From the IMG/VR virus record IMGVR_UViG_3300020473_000013, positions 124,001 to 188,000 of that record: a stretch of DNA of 64,000 nucleotides; one strand, written 5' to 3'. The notes under the pieces were generated by a model, which saw only the letters and a program-made list of their open reading frames with translations, made no database searches and was not told where the DNA came from. Within the stretch, counting starts at the first letter, position 1. Every line of letters begins with the position of its first letter. A program made the position numbers and the translations under genes. This document shows positions 57,769 through 64,000 of the stretch, one piece after another.

Positions 57769-57829
57769 GCCCAAACCAACGGGGCGCATCCAACCGGGTG
57801 CGTCCTACTCTCTCTATCTGAGGTGAATC

Positions 57830-58351
57830 ATGGCAATCCCAATTTCCTCGTATCTCTCGAAGGCGAGTGCCGCCATTCCGTTCCTTCTCAAGGACACCGA
57901 TCTGCGGGGCGGCTTCCGCTGTGTGGCCGATGCTACAGCCCGCGACGCTATCCACGTCGGCGCCAAGACTCACGGCATGCTGGTGTTCGTTATCGCTGAC
58001 GCTACGTATTGGCGCTGGAACAACGACACCGCCGCGTGGGACTCCTGGGACGTGACGGGGCTGGTCAGTCTGGGTGCAGGTATCAAGCGTGACACCAACA
58101 GCGCTCTCGCCGTCGATACCGGGCACCTGAATACCATCTACGCGCTCAAGACTCACACCCATGAAATCAGTGGTGTGAACAACCTCCAGCAGACGCTCGA
58201 CAGCAAGGCCGCCGTGTCGCACAATCACACCTTCGCGTCGCTGCAAAGCGTCCCCAAGGTGACCGCGATGCCCGGCGTCACCGTATCGACTGCGGAGCCC
58301 GGCAGTACCGATGGTGAAGATGGAGACCTCTGGTTCGTCGTTCCCGCCTAA
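57830..58351 (+). CDS. tail-fibre-like protein
   Basis: LRGGF..VAD..ARDAI...GMLVFV, HTH repeats (KTHTHEI, SHNHT), GEDGDLWF. Confidence 0.7.
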   Translation: MAIPISSYLSKASAAIPFLLKDTDLRGGFRCVADATARDAIHVGAKTHGMLVFVIADATYWRWNNDTAAWDSWDVTGLVSLGAGIKRDTNSALAVDTGHLNTIYALKTHTHEISGVNNLQQTLDSKAAVSHNHTFASLQSVPKVTAMPGVTVSTAEPGSTDGEDGDLWFVVPA

Positions 58352-58369
58352 TAGCTAGAGGTTCATATT

Positions 58370-58921
58370 ATGCCTTTGATCACAAAGACCGGAGGCGCTT
58401 GGAACCAACTGCTTCAAGGCGACGTCCATGTGAACGACGGTGGCGCTATGAAAGCCGCCGACCAGGTGTTCGTGAAGGATAATGGCGTTTGGGTACCTAT
58501 GTTCGAGAGTCTGACACAACCCCGCTGGGGCTATGCGTCCTATGCAGGGCCGACTCTTTCGGACAACGGGTACCTCGGTGCTCAGTCGTTCATCGAGGAG
58601 AACCTCACTACCTTGATGGCCAGCGACGCGGACAATCTGGAGTTTACATACGACCTCCCTGATGGTCAGACCTACGCATACTTCGCTCATCCGAAGTCGC
58701 TGGGCCTTGCTGTGTTTACGGACACGGTATCCAGCTTCGCCGGAGCGTGGGATGGCGCCAAGTGGCTCGAAGACCTCAGCAACATGGACGAGACTGGACC
58801 CATCGAGGTAACCTTCGATGCAGGTAACGGTCCCGAGCAGTGGTACGTATATCGTACTGACTGGTCAGGTCCCAGTTCTGAACCCACTACGTTCCGAGTC
58901 GAATACCCCAATCGCTCGTAG
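58370..58921 (+). CDS. fibre-tip-like protein sharing its C-terminal domain with the Ig-repeat protein
   Basis: VKDNGVWVP linker; YAYFAHPKSLGLA...WDGA.W...GPIEVT...QWYVYRTDW. Confidence 0.75.
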   Translation: MPLITKTGGAWNQLLQGDVHVNDGGAMKAADQVFVKDNGVWVPMFESLTQPRWGYASYAGPTLSDNGYLGAQSFIEENLTTLMASDADNLEFTYDLPDGQTYAYFAHPKSLGLAVFTDTVSSFAGAWDGAKWLEDLSNMDETGPIEVTFDAGNGPEQWYVYRTDWSGPSSEPTTFRVEYPNRS

Positions 58922-58932
58922 ACGTGACGGAG

Positions 58933-58955
58933 AGCGGTCCTGCGGGGCCGCTTTT
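58933..58955 (+). terminator. stem-loop/terminator
   Basis: AGCGGTCC-TGCG-GGGCCGCT-TTT. Confidence 0.55.
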
Positions 58956-58977
58956 CGTATCTACGCAGGAGTTCCAC

Positions 58978-59559
58978 ATGCCCTTACTTACCAAACAGTC
59001 GGGGGCTTGGACGGATTTGGCAGCGAGCGCTGTCTTCTTGTTCCACTCTGGACAGATCAAGAACCCGACCCAAGCCTTCATCAAGCGAGCAGGATCATGG
59101 CAGCCAGTATTCGATGCTGGGAATCCATGGCCTGCTTCTCCTCTCCCTGCAGGTACGCCTCGCTTCGGTGTCGCACAGTTCTCCGACACCGACTTCACAG
59201 GAGGCAAGACCGACCCCAACCCAGCTGGCGATCCGTACATCCGCTGGTCAGGCGTTCAAGAGTTCATGGATACCGTACTGCTACAACAAGGTACGGACAT
59301 AGACCTTAACGTTCCCTACCCTGAGTATGGTTACTTCGCGCATCCGAAGTCCATGGGTACCGCATCTATTGTCGATAATGCGTTCGGCTTTGAAGGCGGT
59401 TGGGACGGCGCAGCATGGGAAGAAGACGGCGGCACGGGCTCTACCACAGGTCCTGTCGAGGTGACCTACGATGATGGCGACGGACCCAAACAGTGGCTCG
59501 TCTATCGTACAGACTACTCAGGCCTCGGTCAGATGTCTTGGTCTGCCACCATCTCCTGA
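58978..59559 (+). CDS. paralogue of 58370..58921
   Basis: MPLLTKQSGAW start; YFAHPKSMG...WDGAAW...GPVEVTYDDGDGPKQWLVYRTDY; AGGAG RBS. Confidence 0.75.
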   Translation: MPLLTKQSGAWTDLAASAVFLFHSGQIKNPTQAFIKRAGSWQPVFDAGNPWPASPLPAGTPRFGVAQFSDTDFTGGKTDPNPAGDPYIRWSGVQEFMDTVLLQQGTDIDLNVPYPEYGYFAHPKSMGTASIVDNAFGFEGGWDGAAWEEDGGTGSTTGPVEVTYDDGDGPKQWLVYRTDYSGLGQMSWSATIS

Positions 59560-59674
59560 CGAAAGCTGTAAATTGTAGATATAAAGTGCGTGCCGCGCAC
59601 GGGCAGGCCCTGTAATTGGTAGCCTTGCCCAAATCTGATTATGGGGCCTACGCCCCTCTCTTTGGAGAGGATTT

Positions 59675-61069
59675 ATGTTCTTTGTATCCCTAGCCGCCAA
59701 CATTGACCCGGACGACTATGCTTGGCTGGTGTTCACCCGTGCGACGAAGATGCGCCTCAAAGGCTATCACCAACGCCATGTTCTCAATCTGGAGAAAGGT
59801 GACATCTTTGGCGTCCGCCGTACGCGGTCCAACACCTACCAGTTAGTCAAGTCTGACTCGATGCACATTTTGTATCGCAACATCAAGCCGAAGACGCACG
59901 ATAACATTCTGAACAACAGTATTCCTTACAAGGGACCGACTCCTTCCAAGCAGGAGGTTGAGGAAGGGTTTGTGCGGCCTCGCAAGGTGTCTACGCGGGA
60001 GCCTAGCCAACGCTCCAACAAGCGCACCGACGACTACTTTAAGCCGTCCAAACAGCGTATTACCGAGAAGTACGAGATCGACCAGTCCAACTATCAGTGG
60101 CGCAAGCTCAAGGAAGGGCCCATCCGCGTCCTTAGTAAGAAGCAAGGCAAGGCGCGCGGTATTCTGCGTTCTGGTGATGTGGTAGGTATGCGTTTCCGCA
60201 GCCCTGCCCGAGGCGGTTATGTTCTTCTGGACGGTAACGTTCGTGTTCACGTTTCCCACGAAATGTACACCGAGATAGTCCACGCCTCCCGTGTCGTACC
60301 TGATAGTGAGCAGCGCTCGGACGTGGTTGATCTTGGCAAGAACGTTTCCGAGGAAAAGCTCAAGGAGCAAGAGGCTAAGCGAAAGAAAGCACTTCCTGTT
60401 AAGCGTAAGCCTGCCGCTCCTCCAGAAGACATCGAGGAGGAGCCCATCCAGAAGATGTACGACATCGACGAGGTGGACGAAGACTTCCACGCTCGGACTA
60501 AGCGTCGCGCCAAAACACAGCGCAATTTGCGCAGGACAATCCGCAAGCTGTTGGAGGTACCGGAGCAGGATACTTGGGTAGAGAACGAGGATGAAGGTTT
60601 CGAGGACGAAGGTGAAGCCCCTGTTCAAGGTACCCCGGAATCTGGAGACGAGTTCGAGCCTGAGGATGAAAGCACGCCTGAAGAGGAGCCTGATCTGGAC
60701 GAAGACGCTGATCTGGATGAAGATGAGGACGAGGACGAGGACGAAGAAGATACCTCTCCTGCTATCGAACAGCTTGAACCCGGCACCGTCTTCCGTATGA
60801 CGAAAGGCAGCAACCGTACTTTTGTCGTGGTCGAATCTAATCCTATGGAGCGCAACGAGAACCTGGTGGAACTCACTCTGTTCGATCCTGCTGCTGGTGG
60901 TGATGATGACTACGACATGTACCGCCTCCGTCTTAACGTCAACATGCCGATGTCCAAGTTCAAGGAGAGCGCCGAGGTTTCGGCTGAACCCTTCGATCCC
61001 AAAAAACTCAAAGAACTACAGGACAGTGTAGAGTATGCTGACATTAAATCTATCTCTCTCGTCAAGTAG
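59675..61069 (+). CDS. hypothetical protein with duplicated N-terminal domain and long acidic tract
   Basis: 464 aa; GAGGA RBS; D/E-rich linker. Confidence 0.75.
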   Translation: MFFVSLAANIDPDDYAWLVFTRATKMRLKGYHQRHVLNLEKGDIFGVRRTRSNTYQLVKSDSMHILYRNIKPKTHDNILNNSIPYKGPTPSKQEVEEGFVRPRKVSTREPSQRSNKRTDDYFKPSKQRITEKYEIDQSNYQWRKLKEGPIRVLSKKQGKARGILRSGDVVGMRFRSPARGGYVLLDGNVRVHVSHEMYTEIVHASRVVPDSEQRSDVVDLGKNVSEEKLKEQEAKRKKALPVKRKPAAPPEDIEEEPIQKMYDIDEVDEDFHARTKRRAKTQRNLRRTIRKLLEVPEQDTWVENEDEGFEDEGEAPVQGTPESGDEFEPEDESTPEEEPDLDEDADLDEDEDEDEDEEDTSPAIEQLEPGTVFRMTKGSNRTFVVVESNPMERNENLVELTLFDPAAGGDDDYDMYRLRLNVNMPMSKFKESAEVSAEPFDPKKLKELQDSVEYADIKSISLVK

Positions 61070-63047
61070 GAACCGTGTCGTGCCTAAACGTCCTGAAGGT
61101 GTCTCCTTAGCTGCGTTCAACCGTGATCCGGGTGTGTACGCGGAGAAGCTCAACCGTACGCAATCCATCGGTCTGGCGAAGTACCTCGACTACTGGTACC
61201 ACGAGAAAAACAAGCCAAAGTCTGAGGACGAGGCCTACGACATCCTGCTCGATCTCATTCAGGCCCGCTGGCCCAAAGCTCGCTACCTGAAGAAGGTCGG
61301 CCATAAGGTCGTAACGAAAGGCCGCAAGGAGGTCCAGCTTCCGATCTTCATGCCCTCTCTCGACAAGGCCAAGGCGGATACGAAGAACCTGCCCAAGTTC
61401 CTGTCCGGCGCATTCGTCGTGTCGGACAAGCTCGACGGTATCAGCCTTCTGCTAGAGTATCGCAACGGCATTCCCTACGCCTGCTACACGCGGGGCGACG
61501 GAACTAAGGGGCAGGACGTATCTGGTGTCATCCCCGCCCTCAATATACCGAAGCGTATCACCGACAAGTCTACCGTGCTGGTTCGGTGCGAGTTCATCAT
61601 CAAGCGTACCACATTCAACAAACGCCACTCTAAGGCACAAGGCAAAGGCGAGTATAAGACTAGCCGAAACATGGGTGGTGGCCTTCTCACTCGCAACGAG
61701 CCTTCCAAAGCGGTGAGCGACTTCGATGTGAAGGCCTACGAGATTTCCAAAGGCAAGGGCGCGGGTAAGCCGCTGAGTTCTCAGCTCGCGTACCTCAAGC
61801 GGCAAGGCTTTACCGTGGTACGCCACAAGAAGTACAGCTCCTTGACCGTCGATCAACTGACCGAGCTTCTGGAGCAGTTCCGCTCCACAGCCAAGTATGA
61901 CATCGACGGCATCGTGGTGACGAAGGACAAGTCGTACTCCATCACACGCTCCAACCCGAAGCACGCCAAGGCGTTCAAGATGAACTCCCTCGCCGCATCC
62001 AAGGTGGTGAAGATCAAGGACATCGAGTGGCGTCGCTCGCGCTACGGTAAGCTGGTGCCGCGTGTTATCCTCGACCCGATCGAACTCGGCGGTGTCACGG
62101 TGACCTACCTCACAGGTCACAACTTCTACTATATCCAGCACGGCTTTCGATACCAAGATCGTAACAAGGGTTTGCCTGTTCGCCCCTTGGGCAAAGGTGC
62201 TGAGATTCGCGTCATCCGCAGTGGCGATGTTATTCCGTGGATCATGGAAGTCGTCAAGCCTGTTCGCAAGCCCTCGCAACCTCAGGAACCTTTCACTCTC
62301 GACGAGTCTGGGGTGTTCGCTATGGCCGTGCGGGAGAAAGGTGCCAAGGACCCTGCGCTTCGTAAGCAACGTATCACCCATTTCTTTAGTGCCATGAAGA
62401 TGAAGGGTGTGAAGGCAGGACAGATAGAGCGCTTGTACGATGCAGGTTTCCGCACGTTGCGCAGCATTCTCCATGCTACAGAGGACAAGCTGCTGAATGC
62501 CGGGTTTAAGGAGAAGACTGCTCAGAACATCACGACCACCGTGCGCAAAGGTCTGGCCGATGCCACGTTCGCTAAAACTGCCTACGCCAGCTCCGTTTTC
62601 GGGGACAAGATCGGCGAGTCTAAGATGCAGGCCGTGATCGACGCATATCCTGACATCATGGAGCGCGTCGATACGTTCAGCGCTCAGGAGCTACAGGAGC
62701 AGATCGAGGAGATCGAAGGCATCAAGACGCAAGCTCGCGTGATAGCTCGGCGTCTGCCCAAGTTCGCCAAGTTCCTTGAGCGTAACCGCATTCAGCTCGT
62801 GGGTGAGGTCGCTCAGGTACAGGAGAGCAATAAGCTGGAAGGTATCAAGGTGTTGTTCACTTCCGTGCGTGATGATGACCTGCTTCAATCCATCAAGGCG
62901 AACGGCGGCGACAAGGCCTCTTCGGTCAAGTCAGCCACCCATCTAGTCGTCAAGCCCGGCGCGTCGAACAAGAAGACTGCCGAGGCGGAGGACAAGGGCA
63001 TCCCGATCATGACTGTGGACGAGTTCCGCAAGAAGTTCAAGCTGTGA
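61035..63047 (+). CDS. ligA: NAD-dependent DNA ligase
   Basis: Domain Ia Y..Y...D.AYD, MPSLDK, KLDG adenylation motif, TRGDG..GQDV, IDGIVV, IRSGDVIP, HhH and C-terminal BRCT. Confidence 0.93.
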   Translation: MLTLNLSLSSSRNRVVPKRPEGVSLAAFNRDPGVYAEKLNRTQSIGLAKYLDYWYHEKNKPKSEDEAYDILLDLIQARWPKARYLKKVGHKVVTKGRKEVQLPIFMPSLDKAKADTKNLPKFLSGAFVVSDKLDGISLLLEYRNGIPYACYTRGDGTKGQDVSGVIPALNIPKRITDKSTVLVRCEFIIKRTTFNKRHSKAQGKGEYKTSRNMGGGLLTRNEPSKAVSDFDVKAYEISKGKGAGKPLSSQLAYLKRQGFTVVRHKKYSSLTVDQLTELLEQFRSTAKYDIDGIVVTKDKSYSITRSNPKHAKAFKMNSLAASKVVKIKDIEWRRSRYGKLVPRVILDPIELGGVTVTYLTGHNFYYIQHGFRYQDRNKGLPVRPLGKGAEIRVIRSGDVIPWIMEVVKPVRKPSQPQEPFTLDESGVFAMAVREKGAKDPALRKQRITHFFSAMKMKGVKAGQIERLYDAGFRTLRSILHATEDKLLNAGFKEKTAQNITTTVRKGLADATFAKTAYASSVFGDKIGESKMQAVIDAYPDIMERVDTFSAQELQEQIEEIEGIKTQARVIARRLPKFAKFLERNRIQLVGEVAQVQESNKLEGIKVLFTSVRDDDLLQSIKANGGDKASSVKSATHLVVKPGASNKKTAEAEDKGIPIMTVDEFRKKFKL

Positions 63048-63055
63048 GGTGATGG

Positions 63056-63577
63056 ATGAAGATCGAAAGAGCAGGGTTGGTCGGTGGGTATTTCGAGGAG
63101 TTTCGACTTCCTACAGAAGGCGAAGAGGCTCAGTCTTTAGTGGCGGTTCCTGATGGAATTGTTGTGAAGACCCAAACGGGCGATCGCCCTGTTCCTAGAG
63201 CCTTAGAGGACTTCCTGTCTCCCGGTAGCTTCACATTCACTATCCCTGCAGGCATGACGAGCTTGAAGTACACTCTCTCCGGAGGCGCTGGAGGGTCTGG
63301 AACCGGGTTCTGGGGAGGTAGATACTATGTATCCTACGGAGGCGCTGGAGCCCTCGTAGAAGGCACGTTAGATGTGACAGGCGGACAGGTCGTCAACGTT
63401 ACTGTAGGGGCCATGGGTGATCGCTCGGACGGGTATGCCACGGTTATGGAGATTGACGGACGGCGTATACAAGCTCTAGGCGGCGAGCGCGGTCAAGGGT
63501 GGGGTGTCAATGGGGACCCGGCGCTGCCCTTAGGAGGATCAGACTCTAATGGTTACGCTATGTTTGACAGGGGATAA
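63056..63577 (+). CDS. glycine-rich-domain protein (tail-fibre associated)
   Basis: SPGSFTFTIPAG...LSGGAGG...VTVGAMG pattern. Confidence 0.7.
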   Translation: MKIERAGLVGGYFEEFRLPTEGEEAQSLVAVPDGIVVKTQTGDRPVPRALEDFLSPGSFTFTIPAGMTSLKYTLSGGAGGSGTGFWGGRYYVSYGGAGALVEGTLDVTGGQVVNVTVGAMGDRSDGYATVMEIDGRRIQALGGERGQGWGVNGDPALPLGGSDSNGYAMFDRG

Positions 63578-63579
63578 GT

Positions 63580-64000
63580 ATGAAGATCGAAAAGGCACAC
63601 ATGGTGGGAGGATCCTTAGAACGTCTGTCTCTTCCCACGGTCGGCGATCCCTCGACTGGGGCTCTTGTTGTCCAGGATAGCGACATCCACATAGGCATGA
63701 ACGATCAGTTCAACTCCCTCCGTCCAGAGTTCTCATTTAGCGCTCCAGGGCCTGGGACGTATACCATGACCGTGCCGTACGGCGTACACCGCATAGTCTG
63801 TAACCTGCGCGGAGCAGGAGGCGGAGGCGGCGGCGCCGGACTGCATCCGAACTCGATCTACACGCATCGAGACGCTAACGGTGGCAGCGGAGGGGATGGT
63901 GCTCGACTGTACGAATACATAGACGTGTCCCCTTTTGATGAGATTCGCCTGATTGTTGGACAAGGTGGGTCCGCAGGATCCAACAGGACCGGATATAACG
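63580..64000 (+). CDS. glycine-rich-domain protein, paralogue of the previous gene (3'-truncated by the window edge)
   Basis: MKIEKAHMVGG start mirrors MKIERAGLVGG; PGTYTMTVPYG...LRGAGGGGGG; open to the window end. Confidence 0.7.
   Translation, partial: MKIEKAHMVGGSLERLSLPTVGDPSTGALVVQDSDIHIGMNDQFNSLRPEFSFSAPGPGTYTMTVPYGVHRIVCNLRGAGGGGGGAGLHPNSIYTHRDANGGSGGDGARLYEYIDVSPFDEIRLIVGQGGSAGSNRTGYN

Noticed and set aside
57360-59559. Triplicated tip domain as a diversity-generating retroelement TR/VR
   Set aside because: All copies are coding, differences are not adenine-specific, and no reverse transcriptase is in the window.
1-64000. Stop-codon reassignment, tRNA genes, integrase or transposase
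   Set aside because: Genes are full length under the standard code with TAA, TAG and TGA all used as stops; no cloverleaf or recombinase motif was recognised by eye.

Overview
A 64-kb segment of a large lytic dsDNA (jumbo) myophage genome. Coding is dense and almost entirely on the + strand, in the standard genetic code. It carries a tail sheath, Ig-repeat fibre proteins, a hybrid replisome (family-A DNA polymerase with an N-terminal UDG-like domain, DnaX-like clamp loader, probable beta clamp), SbcCD, a UvsW-like and a giant SNF2 helicase, an NAD-dependent ligase and a histone-H1-like protein. The gene set resembles my recollection of RSL1/Lu11/PaBG-type jumbo phages (inference, not searched). 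The standout system is the cluster at 3822-7583: ParB-like protein, C5-cytosine methyltransferase homologue whose motif-X Asn is replaced by Arg (GRS instead of GNS/GNA), CmoA-type carboxy-SAM synthase, and a glutaminase-less asparagine-synthetase-like ATP amide ligase. Together they predict a phage-encoded pathway that carboxymethylates DNA cytosine (5cxmC) and then amidates or conjugates the carboxyl group. Other signals: a hairpin-rich non-coding block at 2.6-3.4 kb whose mini-hairpin polarity flips (candidate origin or terminus), two phage-specific promoter classes (TGTAAA-N6-GCA and TAATTT), a branched structured RNA leader ahead of the H1-like gene, a cysteine-less thioredoxin near the polymerase, and a shared N-terminal S-x-S/A-A leader on many probable virion proteins. 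No tRNA, rRNA, CRISPR array, integrase or transposase was seen.
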